Positions 21,348 to 32,150 are shown, counted from the first letter of the stretch. The stretch is DNA of 64,000 bases from Promethearchaeota archaeon (GCA_016840085.1 JAEOTA010000004.1:160001-224000), one strand, 5' to 3'. Notes: a model not told the origin generated them from the sequence alone. Translations and numbers: made by a program.

Positions 21348-22319
21348 ATGAGTAATATAAGTCTTGAAACAATCAAAAATGCTCAGAATCGAATAGTTGA
21401 TTTTATTAAGAAAACACCTCTTCTTCATTCGGAATTTCTGAGTAAATTGTGTAAAGGAACAGTCTACTTAAAGTTGGAAAATCAACAACTTACAAACTCA
21501 TTTAAAATAAGAGGAGCTTTTAACCGAATGTTACAATTAAATGAAGAAGAGATGAGACGTGGAGTTATCACTGCTTCGTCGGGAAACCATGCTCAGGGAG
21601 TTGCCTTAGCAGCAAAACATTTAGGCATTTCTACTAAAATTGTGGTTCCAAAGGAGATTTCAAAAGCTAAATTGGATAAGATAAAAAAATTTGATGTTTC
21701 AATTGTTCAAGAGGGAAATTACGATGAGGTTGAATCCAAAGCAAAGAAGTTATCTATCAATGAAGGTTTAACTTATATTAGTCCATATAATGATAGAGAA
21801 ATTATAGTAGGTCAAGGTACAATCGGTCTTGAGATCTATGAAGAACTCGGTCATGTTGATTCTATTGTGGTTCCAATAGGAGGAGGTGGTCTGGTGTCTG
21901 GAATTTCTGTTGCGATAAAATCTATAGATCCTACTACCACTATTATAGGGGTTCAAACAAAAGGAGCTTCTACTATGTATGAATCGTGGAAAAAGGGTAA
22001 AGTGGTTTCGATAAAAGAATCTTACACCCTAGCGGAAGGGCTTTCAGGTGGACTTGAGCCTAATGCACTAACTTTTGAAATAATAAAAAAAAATGTTGAA
22101 AAGATAAAAATAGTTAAAGAACGCAATATTAAAAAAGCAATTACTCTTCTCTGGAAAAAAGAAGAACAAGTTGTTGAAGGTGCTGGTGCTACCTCTGTTG
22201 CTCATATCATTGAAAATAAAAAGGAATTTAAAGATAAAATTATAGTTGCTGTGATAAGTGGAGGTAATATTGAGGAATCATTATTTCAAAAGATTATAAA
22301 AAAAAGATTGAATCATTAA
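21348..22319 (+). CDS. threonine/serine dehydratase (short form, no ACT domain)
   Basis: KLENQQLTNSFKIRGA (PLP Lys), ASSGNHAQG, PIGGGGL, SGGN. Confidence 0.93.
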   Translation: MSNISLETIKNAQNRIVDFIKKTPLLHSEFLSKLCKGTVYLKLENQQLTNSFKIRGAFNRMLQLNEEEMRRGVITASSGNHAQGVALAAKHLGISTKIVVPKEISKAKLDKIKKFDVSIVQEGNYDEVESKAKKLSINEGLTYISPYNDREIIVGQGTIGLEIYEELGHVDSIVVPIGGGGLVSGISVAIKSIDPTTTIIGVQTKGASTMYESWKKGKVVSIKESYTLAEGLSGGLEPNALTFEIIKKNVEKIKIVKERNIKKAITLLWKKEEQVVEGAGATSVAHIIENKKEFKDKIIVAVISGGNIEESLFQKIIKKRLNH

Positions 22320-22599
22320 GATGATAATCATATTTGAGCTTTAAGGACTTTAAAAATATAATTAGCACCTTTTACGTAATAAATCGTCATTATATATAGC
22401 GTTTAGATTAATTCCTAGTGTCTCATATTTCGAGTCTAATCATTTCCTAAGAAGGAATTATTATGTATATAAATTAATTTCATAAATCTCTCCAGTTACA
22501 GAAGATTTATGGAGTAATTTACAGAAAAATATTTAAATTATTAATATAAGTGTTTATGTAGATAATCATTTTCAATAGTATAGATTATTATTCATCCTT

Positions 22600-22926
22600 A
22601 TGTCGATCTTACTATCAAATAAGTCTAAAGAATATCTAAAAAAAAGTAATACATCTAACTTTTTAGTTGATATTGACTTTATTGAGGAGCCATGTACTCA
22701 AATATACAATCCAACAATAGAAAAAATTAAAGATGTTGATTTAGAAAAATATAATGATTTTGAAAAAGTATCTAAAGATAATTTAATATTATTTTTATCT
22801 GATTGGTTTATTAAAATTTATGGAAAATTAGAAGAATACGAGTTAGATTTAAATGGATTTTTAAAAAAAAGATTAACGATTAAAAATATTGATCCAATTA
22901 TTAAAAATACTTGTAAGGTTAATTGA
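22600..22926 (+). CDS. hypothetical protein, possibly HesB/IscA-like fold
   Basis: 108 aa with EEPC and a C-terminal Cys; first gene of a thiol-redox cluster; fold guess is weak. Confidence 0.55.
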   Translation: MSILLSNKSKEYLKKSNTSNFLVDIDFIEEPCTQIYNPTIEKIKDVDLEKYNDFEKVSKDNLILFLSDWFIKIYGKLEEYELDLNGFLKKRLTIKNIDPIIKNTCKVN

Positions 22927-22968
22927 TAAATACATATAAACAATATATCAAAACTATAGGTAAAATTA

Positions 22969-23634
22969 ATGAAATTGCCTAAAGAAATAAAAGAAAAGAA
23001 AAAACAAAAATTAAAAACAAAAAAATCAAGAAGAACAAAGAAGAAGAAATATAGTCCTAAAACGATTAAATCGGAGAGATACGCTTCTAAACCTAAAAAG
23101 AAGTTTAAAGATACTTTTGCTCCTTATCTAATTATAATTGGAGTGGTTTTTGTGATTATAATAGTTTTTATAACAATTTCTTTTGAAAATAAGGAGGGAG
23201 GCGGAGATAATTCAAATCCTTATAAGACCAATATAACATTTAAAACTATTGATGGTTATACGATTAAATTAGCAGATCATCAAGGAAAAATTGTTATTTT
23301 ATTTTTTTTTGATTTAGACTGTCCACCTTGCGGTCCTGAAGCAAATGTTATAAGTGATATTGATGATGATTATTCGAACAGCCAAGTATATATACTTCTA
23401 ATAACGGTACATTATTGGGACTCAAATGATGGTTTAAACCAATTTAAAGAAGATCATAATTTAAATCGACATATAGTTCGTGATGATAATTCTAATACTC
23501 ATGGGTCATTTTTCAATATTGCATATACACCAACAACTTTAATATTGGATAAGGATGGTGGTGAGGTTGAAAGACTTATAGGGCATGATTCTAATCATTA
23601 TGACCAAATAAAGGATGAGATTAATGGGTTGTAA
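22969..23634 (+). CDS. membrane-anchored TlpA/ResA-like thioredoxin
   Basis: Lys-rich N-terminus, TM helix, CPPC active site, YTPTTLILDKDG cis-Pro loop. Confidence 0.88.
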   Translation: MKLPKEIKEKKKQKLKTKKSRRTKKKKYSPKTIKSERYASKPKKKFKDTFAPYLIIIGVVFVIIIVFITISFENKEGGGDNSNPYKTNITFKTIDGYTIKLADHQGKIVILFFFDLDCPPCGPEANVISDIDDDYSNSQVYILLITVHYWDSNDGLNQFKEDHNLNRHIVRDDNSNTHGSFFNIAYTPTTLILDKDGGEVERLIGHDSNHYDQIKDEINGL

Positions 23635-23691
23635 AATAAAAATAAAAATTAATTATAAATTTGTAACATAAAGAAAACATTTTTCTAAAGA

Positions 23692-24456
23692 ATGATTGAT
23701 ATAGTTCTCTTTTTTTTAGCTATTTTTGGCGGTTTAATATCTTTTTTAACACCATGTAATGTAGTTACACTTCCATCGTTTATGCTTTATTTAGCAAGTC
23801 AAACCAATACTCCAAAAAAGGCTTTGTTAATGAGTTTATTTTTCTCATTAGGATTTATTTTGATGTTTTCATTAATTGCTACCTTATACATTATTATTTC
23901 TGGTTTCATAAGATTTACCTTTTGGTTAAAATTGTTCTCCGGTTTGATAATAATCATTTTATCAGTTTATATTTATTTTGCAAAGCAATTTACGAGAACT
24001 GCACAGATTTTAAGTCCAGCCCAGAATCATAATAATAACCAAAACGAGTTAGAATACAATGAAAAAGAAACTAATTCAAATACAGTCGATGCAAGTACTT
24101 TTGATCATGAATTAATGAAGTATGAAGGGTATAGCGGGTCATTCATGCTTGGATTTTCAATGGGATTTTCATGGATTGGATGTATAACTCCAATTTATCT
24201 GTCAATAGTTTTAATTGTGTCTGATCAAGCAGATTTTGTTACAGGGATTATTTTATTTACATGCTATGCTTTAGGAATTATGATTCCTTACTTACTTATT
24301 GGAGCCTCAATAGGAAAAATTAAACAAGTATTTTTTGTTAAATTAATTAAGATTGGTTCCAAACTCCAAAAAATATTCGCAATAGTTTTATTATACATCG
24401 GAATTGAGATAACTTTAGCTGCATTTGGAATTCCTGGTTTATTACCTTTTATTTGA
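23692..24456 (+). CDS. ccdA: CcdA/DsbD-type transmembrane disulfide reductase
   Basis: GLISFLTPC and WIGCITP motifs; YALGIMIPY; six TM segments. Confidence 0.9.
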   Translation: MIDIVLFFLAIFGGLISFLTPCNVVTLPSFMLYLASQTNTPKKALLMSLFFSLGFILMFSLIATLYIIISGFIRFTFWLKLFSGLIIIILSVYIYFAKQFTRTAQILSPAQNHNNNQNELEYNEKETNSNTVDASTFDHELMKYEGYSGSFMLGFSMGFSWIGCITPIYLSIVLIVSDQADFVTGIILFTCYALGIMIPYLLIGASIGKIKQVFFVKLIKIGSKLQKIFAIVLLYIGIEITLAAFGIPGLLPFI

Positions 24457-24533
24457 TTAATTAAAATAATGTTATTTAGAGTGAAAGCCCTCATATATTC
24501 CAATTCTCTTTTAGTTGGGAATAGTATTTTATA

Positions 24534-24782
24534 TTACTCCTCTTTATTCAAGTCTGATATGCATGTATAAACAATGTCCGTTGGGGATTTTGGTTTTAAT
24601 TCGTCAAGAATTACTATTTGAGTTCTATGTCCTCGATGTGTTTTCTCAAATTGCTGTAATAATTGTATAGCTTTATAATTATTAACATTAATAATGCAAT
24701 ATACATGGCAATCGAAACAAGCTCTCGCTCTTGTTTTTTTTAATTTATTATTAATTGATTCATTCAGATCCAATTTCATCAT
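24534..24782 (-). CDS. small CxxC/HxxH zinc-binding protein
   Basis: RACFDC...FEKTHRGHRTQ. Confidence 0.7.
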   Translation of the reverse strand: MMKLDLNESINNKLKKTRARACFDCHVYCIINVNNYKAIQLLQQFEKTHRGHRTQIVILDELKPKSPTDIVYTCISDLNKEE

Positions 24783-24960
24783 TCTCTTTTTTATGGTTTT
24801 CTAATGTATCACATATCAACAGTATAAGTATGGTAAGTATGAAACTCCATATTAATAGAAATATCATCTCTTGAAGTGATAATGATTCTAGGAAACAAAA
24901 TATAACCCAATATAACATATAAAGCACGATACCAATCTAATATATTGTAAACCATCTCAT
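24760..24960 (-). pseudogene. small two-TM protein with in-frame TAG at codon 8
   Basis: MRWFTIY*IGIVLYMLYWVIFCFLESLSLQEMIFLLIWSFILTILILLICDTLENHKKENDEIGSE. Confidence 0.4.
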
Positions 24961-25235
24961 AAGGTTTCATACTCATTTAAAAAAATCATTTATTTTTTTT
25001 ATTATACCTTTACTCTTTATTTTTTCATATCTTTTTTCAAGTTCATTAGGAATTTCATAGACTCCCTTATTATGAGCAATTTCCTTTAATTTATCTATTA
25101 ATTACAGAGAATAAATATTCGGTAAAATATAAAGAAGGAACTAAAGACGTTGATATAGGTTTTTTAAAAGCATGTGATGCGTTTTTGATTAGTATTTTAA
25201 AAACAATATATTCGGTTGTATCATACTTTTTTTAC

Positions 25236-25809
25236 TCAAATGTTGAGATACCTTCTAACAAGTCGAATGTAAAACCTATAATTATATAGATTCCATTTAT
25301 CACATGCTTTGGGTAAATTTTCATTTGCTACAATATCGGCTCTCATTTTGGATAATTTTCCAGCCTTAGTCAATGATGAATCCCAAAAAGATTGTACAAC
25401 AGCTAAATCAATGACAGAATTTCCAATTAAAGCCAAAACATCAGCAGCATCGCCCGAAGAACCTAATTCTATAAATTCATCAGGATTTAATGTTTTTCTT
25501 GTTGATATTTAAAATGTTTTTGCATATCTTCATATATATTTCGAATACTTGGGCGGGATAAAGCAAGCATAATTAATTCTGGTGTTTTGAACTCTAATCG
25601 AAATATTTTTCTAATTCAGGTATTAAATTATTCTGAATTTTATTCATAGTATCTAAAAGGTGATTTAACTCGTCTAAAAATCCCTGAAGTTTTTGGTGCT
25701 TTTTTGAATTAGTAGAGGATTCATTCTCTTTTTCTTGCATAATTTTTTCTTGTAAAATTTTCGTCTTTAATTCTAATCCAATAGCATTCCATTTTAATCG
25801 TTTATGCAA
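25236..25809 (-). pseudogene. RNase III-domain protein pseudogene
   Basis: Adding one A in each of two GAAAAA runs (~25608, ~25495) joins the ORFs; degenerate signature LALIGNSVIDLAV...GKLSKMRADIVANENL; C-terminal catalytic region missing. Confidence 0.7.
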
Positions 25810-25845
25810 TTTTTTCCCCCATAGTAATAATTCTAATTTTTTTTT

Positions 25846-26238
25846 TCATGTGTAGGTACTGTTAAGTTCTTTTAAAAAATTATTATAATTTCTGATATTT
25901 TCTTCAAATGTATGTTTAGATTTAATAATTTTTTCAATTTGGGCAAAATTTTCTGATTTTTCATACTTATTAATTAGAAAATCTTTAAATTGTTCAAAAT
26001 CTAATTTATTAAAGTTTTTAGGAGAAAAATTATCGTGGTCTTTATAATAGTAAGTTAAGAGCTCAAAAGGATATAAAGCAAATTGATCTAGCGGAATAAA
26101 ATTATATTGAAATATAAAATTCTCAGAACCTGCTTTAAATTTTAACTCATGTGATTTTAGAACATAAGTCAGTTCACTCTCTTCTTTAAATAAATTTAAT
26201 TGCTTTTTACTAATTTTTATATCAATTTTGGAGATCAA
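25846..26238 (-). CDS. hypothetical protein, probably a 3' fragment
   Basis: The TTG start falls inside a 13-bp tandem duplication; no convincing start or motif. Confidence 0.4.
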   Translation of the reverse strand: MISKIDIKISKKQLNLFKEESELTYVLKSHELKFKAGSENFIFQYNFIPLDQFALYPFELLTYYYKDHDNFSPKNFNKLDFEQFKDFLINKYEKSENFAQIEKIIKSKHTFEENIRNYNNFLKELNSTYT

Positions 26239-26246
26239 TTTTGGAG
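26221..26246. repeat. 13-bp tandem duplication ATCAATTTTGGAG x2
   Basis: Seen directly, at the junction of two back-to-back gene fragments. Confidence 0.85.
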
Positions 26247-27092
26247 ATATTATTTATTAGTCAAGATTATCAGCATGATTGCAAGTGTATTGAAGCTCTT
26301 GAAGATTTCTATATGGTTATTTCTAGGAGCCAATATCCAGAAGGTTATAATATAGCCACAGGAGCGGCTGGTCCCCATGTGCGAGAAGAAATAAGTGGGC
26401 ATGCGTTAAAGCGTATGAAGGAGGCATTAGATACTTTGATTTCTAATGGTTTTTCCAGAGCTGACCTAGCTTTCTATTTGAAGCTAGGGAACGAGGCTCG
26501 TGTTGATAAATTGATACAGAATGCCTATGAAGGCAAGAAATTTACAGTAGTCCAGAGGGAATTAATAGAGGGTAAGATATTCGATTTAGTGGAAATAGGT
26601 TATGTAACGCCCGGAGACCTTTTTCCATATTTCAAGGGCTTTACTCCAAACGAACTCTTTAGCTTTATAGTAAAGAGTGAGAAGGGTAGAAGATATATGA
26701 AGGCCCTAGTAGCTTCTTTAATTAGCAAGTATGGAATCGATAGATACGCAGGTTTATTGGAACATCTAGGTATGCAACCTACAAGGCTTTATAGGGCTAT
26801 TCCTGGTAGCCTACAAGCACTCGTTAAAGATATGGGTGGGTTGAGGAATATTATATACGAGAATTATCTAACCCCTCTTGCTATTCGAATGCTAGAAAGT
26901 TCTAAAAATGCGCATGATTTATTGATAAAGATAGGATGGGATATTCCTACAGGTCCAACATACAGATTAACTAGTGGTAAGCCAAGTAAGACAGGAATTC
27001 GTATAATTGAAGATAGGATCTTTAAACTATTTGGCATGTCATATGAGGAAGCGAAGGTTAGGTATTTCAATGGTTATTTGGGAGATCACTAA
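26241..27092 (+). CDS. probable 3' fragment of a larger protein beginning with the C-terminal half of a GIY-YIG-like nuclease domain
   Basis: LEDFYMVISRSQYPEGYNIATG matches the E...(P)xGYN motif of GIY-YIG nucleases; GIY/YIG motifs absent; visibly more GC-rich than its neighbours. Confidence 0.5.
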   Translation: MEILFISQDYQHDCKCIEALEDFYMVISRSQYPEGYNIATGAAGPHVREEISGHALKRMKEALDTLISNGFSRADLAFYLKLGNEARVDKLIQNAYEGKKFTVVQRELIEGKIFDLVEIGYVTPGDLFPYFKGFTPNELFSFIVKSEKGRRYMKALVASLISKYGIDRYAGLLEHLGMQPTRLYRAIPGSLQALVKDMGGLRNIIYENYLTPLAIRMLESSKNAHDLLIKIGWDIPTGPTYRLTSGKPSKTGIRIIEDRIFKLFGMSYEEAKVRYFNGYLGDH

Positions 27093-27115
27093 CAGCTTTA
27101 TTTTTAACTTAATTT

Positions 27116-28102
27116 TTATTTCAATATAATAGAATATTTAGTATTTCTAAGAAATTCAGGAATTTCTTTTATTTTATTTTTTCTTATATTTAAGAATTTT
27201 AGAGAGTTTAGATTATTTATTGTTCTTGGTAATTCTGAAATATAATTATAATCTAAAGCAAGAGTCTTAAGTGATTTCATATCTTCTATTGACTCTGGAA
27301 TAGATGAAATAAAATTATAGTCTAATCCTAAAACTTCTATGGAGGGTAATCTGATTATTGATTCTGGAATATGCTTGAATAAGTTATGGTTCAGATTAAG
27401 GTATGTTAATGATGATAAATTTAAAAGTGAAGAGGGTAAAGTTGTTATTTCATTATATTCTAAATTTAAATACTTTAATGACTGTAATTCTGAAATATCT
27501 ATTGGGATATTAGTTATTTGGTTAAATTCTAGACTTAATGATTCTAATTTTTTCAATTCATATATTTCTTCAGGGATAGTCTTTAGATTCCAGCCATCTA
27601 GTTTGATATGTCTAATTTTATCGATCTCCCCTGATTTTAATGCGTTTTTGAAATCTTTAACCCCAAAAATAGCTTCTGAGAGGTTTAGATTACCAAAATA
27701 TTTTAGTTTTACTGGACGAAACTTTAGATTTGGTCTATGAGTTTTGATTTTTTCCCTAAAATCTTTAAGACAAATCTTCCTTTCAGGTACAAAATAATTT
27801 GCCCAAATTCCGTCTTCATGTTCCCATTTTGCGGCTTCTAATATTTCAGAGCGTAGATCCTCAGGCATTCTGGATCCTGTTATGAGAATGAAGTATCCGA
27901 AAACAAAATAAGGTGCTCTTCGAAAAGAACGACTGTCAATCATTTTCTTGAGAAATTTAAAGTTTTTTTCGAAGTTTTCTCTTGTCAAAATTCTTTCATC
28001 CAAATAAAAATCAGTGTAATCTATACCACACGCATCTAACATAAAGGTAGCTAAGTCGATTTCTTCGTCGTCAACCAAAATCTGAGCAGAGCCTCGTGCC
28101 AT
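27116..28102 (-). CDS. leucine-rich repeat protein with an uncharacterised N-terminal domain
   Basis: About 7 LRRs of 23 aa (LxxLxLxxNxIxxIPxxI) after a ~150-aa non-repeat region. Confidence 0.9.
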   Translation of the reverse strand: MARGSAQILVDDEEIDLATFMLDACGIDYTDFYLDERILTRENFEKNFKFLKKMIDSRSFRRAPYFVFGYFILITGSRMPEDLRSEILEAAKWEHEDGIWANYFVPERKICLKDFREKIKTHRPNLKFRPVKLKYFGNLNLSEAIFGVKDFKNALKSGEIDKIRHIKLDGWNLKTIPEEIYELKKLESLSLEFNQITNIPIDISELQSLKYLNLEYNEITTLPSSLLNLSSLTYLNLNHNLFKHIPESIIRLPSIEVLGLDYNFISSIPESIEDMKSLKTLALDYNYISELPRTINNLNSLKFLNIRKNKIKEIPEFLRNTKYSIILK

Positions 28103-28223
28103 GATTTTTTTCTCAGAAAATATTGATTTTAATCTATTATTATAATAATCTTTTTAATCCTATTTATAATTATGTTTTCATAGATTAACAATTTACTGGT
28201 CTAATCTGTTTATGAAAATTAAA

Positions 28224-28280
28224 CGAAAGATTTATATATGCTAATTCACATAGTTTTATTGTCAACCGAGAGTTGACAAT
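28224..28280 (+). promoter_or_regulatory. BRE/TATA promoter and palindrome upstream of grpE-dnaK-dnaJ-tfb
   Basis: CGAAAGA-TTTATATA (28224-28238) followed by perfect ATTGTCAAC-N5-GTTGACAAT (28258-28280). Confidence 0.65.
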
Positions 28281-28340
28281 GAACAGTTATATTGAATAAA
28301 AAATGGGGTTTTAAAAATAAAACCTTAATATATGATATGA

Positions 28341-29072
28341 ATGTTAGAAAAAGAGAAGGAAAATATGAAAAATATGATATTTGAGGATTATTTTGATAAA
28401 TTTTTAAACGAGCGAGGATATAAAGGGAGATCGACAAATTCAATTTCAATTTCTAAAGATGAATATCAGACCCTCAAGACGAAAGCTGAAAAATTTGAAG
28501 CACTTGTCGAAGAACATAAGAAAGTGAAAACATGGAATGATCAATTGCTTAAGGAGCTTGATGATATGAAGGAGGATGCGAGAAAGTTTAAGAAATTAGA
28601 GGAAGAAAAAGAAAAGTTTTTGAAGTCACTTTTACGTGTGCGTGCAGATTTTGAAAATTACAAGAAACATAATGAGCGTGAAAATGCTAAGTATAAAGAG
28701 TATGCATTAGAGGGTATCTTGAAAAAATTAATTAATCATTATGATGATTTGGTTCGGGCATTGAACTTAATTAAGATGCTAGAGGGTATGGATGGAATAG
28801 AAAAGGGATTTGCAATTGTTGTTAAAAATTTTAAGAAAATACTTGAAGAAGAGGGTGTTAAGCCGATGATTTCAGAGGGTGAAAAATTTGATCCATATAG
28901 GCATGAAGCAATAATGGTTGAGGAGGGTAGAGATGGTCTTCCTGAGAACACAATAATAGAAGATTTAGAGAAGGGTTATTATTTTAATAACAAAATATTA
29001 CGACCTGCGAAGGTCAAGATATCAAAAAAATCAAAATTAGAAAATTTAAATAAAAAACAAGAAATAATTTAG
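28341..29072 (+). CDS. grpE: nucleotide exchange factor GrpE with extended N-terminal coiled coil
   Basis: LRVRADFENYKK, GEKFDPYRHEAI, KGY...ILRPAKV; exact start uncertain. Confidence 0.95.
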   Translation: MLEKEKENMKNMIFEDYFDKFLNERGYKGRSTNSISISKDEYQTLKTKAEKFEALVEEHKKVKTWNDQLLKELDDMKEDARKFKKLEEEKEKFLKSLLRVRADFENYKKHNERENAKYKEYALEGILKKLINHYDDLVRALNLIKMLEGMDGIEKGFAIVVKNFKKILEEEGVKPMISEGEKFDPYRHEAIMVEEGRDGLPENTIIEDLEKGYYFNNKILRPAKVKISKKSKLENLNKKQEII

Positions 29073-29117
29073 AAAAATTAAAATTAAAAAATAAAAAAAT
29101 AGAAAGGAGTGAAAGAA

Positions 29118-31019
29118 ATGGGAAAAATAATAGGAATTGACCTTGGAACCTCGAACTCAGCAGCCGCTGTATTGATTGGAGGGAAACCTACAATTATTCC
29201 AAGTGCTGAAGGTTTAACATTAGGAGGAAAAGCATTTCCTTCAGTTATAGCCTTTACAAAAGACGGCCAAAGACTTGTTGGAGAACCAGCAAGAAGACAA
29301 GCAATTTCTAATCCAGATCGTACAATTACAGCAATTAAGCGGAAAATGGGCACTTCGTATACAATTAAAATTGATGGCAAGGAATATACACCACAAGAGA
29401 TTTCAGCTATGATTTTAAGGAAAATTAAAGAAGATGCGAGTGCCTATTTAGGAGAGGAAGTTACTGAAGTGATAATCACTGTACCTGCATACTTTAATGA
29501 TAACCAGAGACAAGCTACGAAGGACGCGGGAAGGATCGCGGGATTAGATGTTAAACGTTTAATTAACGAACCCACTGCCGCAGCTGTAGCTTATGGCTTG
29601 GATAAGAAAGATATAAGAATAAAAATTGCTGTGTTGGATCTTGGTGGTGGTACATTTGATGTGACGATAATGGAAATGGAGGGTGGTGTTTTTGAGGTAA
29701 TTTCTACCGCAGGAGATACGCAATTAGGTGGAACAGATATGGATAAGATTCTTGTTGAATATCTTGTTGGAGAATTCAAGAAAGAAGAGGGAGTTGATTT
29801 AACTAAAGATTCAATGGCAATGCAGAGAGTTAGAGAGGCTGCTGAAAAAGCAAAAATAGAACTTTCTACGTCAATCACAACAGATATAAATTTACCTTAT
29901 ATTACAGCAACTGATGCTGGTCCAAAACATCTTAACGTGACACTCACACGAGCTAAGTTAGAGCAATTAATCGATCCTGTATTGAAAAGACTAGATGCAC
30001 CTATTTTGAAGGCACTTAGAGATGCGGGTATGGCAAGAGGAGTAGTTGATAAAATAATTTTAGTCGGAGGACCAACAAGAATGCCAATAATTCAGAAGAA
30101 ATTTGAAGATTTACTAGGGAAAACACCTGAACGTAGTATTGATCCAATGGAGTGTGTGGCTATGGGTGCTTCCGTCCAAGGTGGTGTATTAACTGGTGAG
30201 GTAGAAGATTTATTACTACTCGATGTTACTCCGTTATCTTTAGGCGTTGAAACTTTAGGCGGTGTATTTACTAAATTAATTGAAAGAAATACCACAATTC
30301 CAACAGAAAAAAAACAGACTTTTAGTACAGCAGCAGATAATCAACCAGCAGTAGAGATTCATGTATTACAAGGTGAACGACCGAGAGCAGATGATAATAT
30401 TACATTAGGAAGATTTCATTTGACAGGAATCCCCCCAGCACCTCGAGGAGTTCCTCAAATCGAAGTGAAATTTGATATTGATCAAAATGGGATTTTAAAT
30501 GTATCAGCAGTTGATAAAGGAACTGGACGAAGTCAATCAATAACTATCACAGCATCCACAAAAATGGCTGAGGATGACATTGAACAAAAAATTCGCGAAG
30601 CTGAAATAAATGCTGAAGAGGATAAAAAATTTAAAGAGTTAACTGAAGCTAAAAATCATGCAGAAGCCTTAATTTATCAAACTGAGAAATTATTAAAAGA
30701 AAATGAAGCAGTTATCGGAGATTTAAAGTCTAGAATTTTAGATAAAATTTCTAACTTGAGAAGTGCCGTGGAATCCAATGATGTAGTTAGAATCAAGAGT
30801 GCTATGGATGAATTACAAAATTCTTTACATGAAGTTTCATCTCGAATTTATGGACAGCAGCAAGGAGCTCATCAAGGAGCACCACCCGGGGGAATGGGAG
30901 ATGTTCCTCCTGGAGCAACATATGGTTATCAAGGAAAAACTCAAGATGAAATTGAAGAAGAGCAATTCAGAAAGGCAACAGGTCAAGATGATAATGTAGT
31001 TGATGCTGAGTATGAGTAA
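29118..31019 (+). CDS. dnaK: chaperone DnaK (Hsp70)
   Basis: [43 protein letters not shown]; lacks the ~23-aa proteobacterial-type insert. Confidence 0.98.
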   Translation: MGKIIGIDLGTSNSAAAVLIGGKPTIIPSAEGLTLGGKAFPSVIAFTKDGQRLVGEPARRQAISNPDRTITAIKRKMGTSYTIKIDGKEYTPQEISAMILRKIKEDASAYLGEEVTEVIITVPAYFNDNQRQATKDAGRIAGLDVKRLINEPTAAAVAYGLDKKDIRIKIAVLDLGGGTFDVTIMEMEGGVFEVISTAGDTQLGGTDMDKILVEYLVGEFKKEEGVDLTKDSMAMQRVREAAEKAKIELSTSITTDINLPYITATDAGPKHLNVTLTRAKLEQLIDPVLKRLDAPILKALRDAGMARGVVDKIILVGGPTRMPIIQKKFEDLLGKTPERSIDPMECVAMGASVQGGVLTGEVEDLLLLDVTPLSLGVETLGGVFTKLIERNTTIPTEKKQTFSTAADNQPAVEIHVLQGERPRADDNITLGRFHLTGIPPAPRGVPQIEVKFDIDQNGILNVSAVDKGTGRSQSITITASTKMAEDDIEQKIREAEINAEEDKKFKELTEAKNHAEALIYQTEKLLKENEAVIGDLKSRILDKISNLRSAVESNDVVRIKSAMDELQNSLHEVSSRIYGQQQGAHQGAPPGGMGDVPPGATYGYQGKTQDEIEEEQFRKATGQDDNVVDAEYE

Positions 31020-31104
31020 GTTTGATCTTTTTTTTTTTTTAACTTTTTTAAGAATTCATAATTATACAATTTTTATTCATGATTATTAAAAGAGGTTGTA
31101 ATGT

Positions 31105-32115
31105 ATGGCAAAAGATTATTATAAAACACTAGGAATAAATAAAGGAGCTTCAAAGGAAGAAATTAAAAGAGCATTTCGAAAAATGGCTCGAAAGTATCAT
31201 CCAGATGTGAATCCAGATGAGCTTAAATCAGGGGAAAAGTTTAAAGAAATTAATGAAGCGTATAATATTTTAAATGATGATAAAAAGAGAGAAATGTATG
31301 ATAAGTTTGGTGTTGTAGAAGGTGATGCATCAACATATCAGCAGTGGGGAGGGGCTCCTAGAGATTCAAGAGGATATAGTAGTCCAGACGGAACAACCTA
31401 TTATTATTCAACATCAGGTTCACCGGGTGGATTTGATTTTAACGAAATTTTTGGAAATCGTAATAATTCGAGAAGTAGTTTTGGTGGATTTGATTTTTTT
31501 AATGATTTAGGAGATATTTTTGATGTGTTCTCGAGAAGAGGTAATGGGAGCACAAGAGCAAGATCTCCTAATTATAACAATTCTCCTAGAGAAGGAGATG
31601 ATTTAAGATACGATATGGAAATTGATTTTATGGATGCGTTTTATGGAGGAAAGAAAAAAGTTCAATATAAAGATCCCATAACTGGACAAATGAAAACATT
31701 AAATGTTAATATCCCAAAAGGAATTAAGGATGATCAAAAATTACGTCTAAAAGGAAAGGGTATGCCAGGAGAGAATGGAGGTCCTCCAGGTGATTTATAT
31801 ATTGCCATACATATTAAAAAAGACCCTAGATTTGAAAGAAAGGATGATGATATTTATATAGAACAAGAAGTTCCATTTACTACAGCGGTGCTTGGAGGAA
31901 AAATTCAAGTGCAAGGAATTGAGAAAAATCTCAATGTTTCTATTCCTCTAAGAACTAATGATTCTTCTTTATTAAGATTAAAAAACCAAGGATTTTATAA
32001 AATTAATTCTAGTCAAAGAGGTAATCTATTAGTTAAAATTAAAATTAAAATTCCTAAAAAATTAAATAAGAACCAGAAAGAACTATTAGAAAGATTAAAA
32101 GAATCTGGTTTATAA
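31105..32115 (+). CDS. dnaJ: class B J-domain protein (DnaJ/CbpA-like, no Zn finger)
   Basis: KYHPD J-domain, G/F region, C-terminal domain (GPPGDLY); no CxxCxGxG repeats. Confidence 0.92.
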   Translation: MAKDYYKTLGINKGASKEEIKRAFRKMARKYHPDVNPDELKSGEKFKEINEAYNILNDDKKREMYDKFGVVEGDASTYQQWGGAPRDSRGYSSPDGTTYYYSTSGSPGGFDFNEIFGNRNNSRSSFGGFDFFNDLGDIFDVFSRRGNGSTRARSPNYNNSPREGDDLRYDMEIDFMDAFYGGKKKVQYKDPITGQMKTLNVNIPKGIKDDQKLRLKGKGMPGENGGPPGDLYIAIHIKKDPRFERKDDDIYIEQEVPFTTAVLGGKIQVQGIEKNLNVSIPLRTNDSSLLRLKNQGFYKINSSQRGNLLVKIKIKIPKKLNKNQKELLERLKESGL

Positions 32116-32150
32116 AAATGAGGGATATTTTGGAGGTTTAAAAGTTAGAA

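Noticed and set aside
22481-22511. Hairpin CATAAATCT...AGATTTATG as an ncRNA or terminator
   Set aside because: A single AT-rich stem with no other supporting structure.
24937-24939. In-frame TAG as pyrrolysine recoding
   Set aside because: No pyl genes or tRNA in the window and no enzyme context; a TGG-to-TAG change, an error or a later start is simpler.
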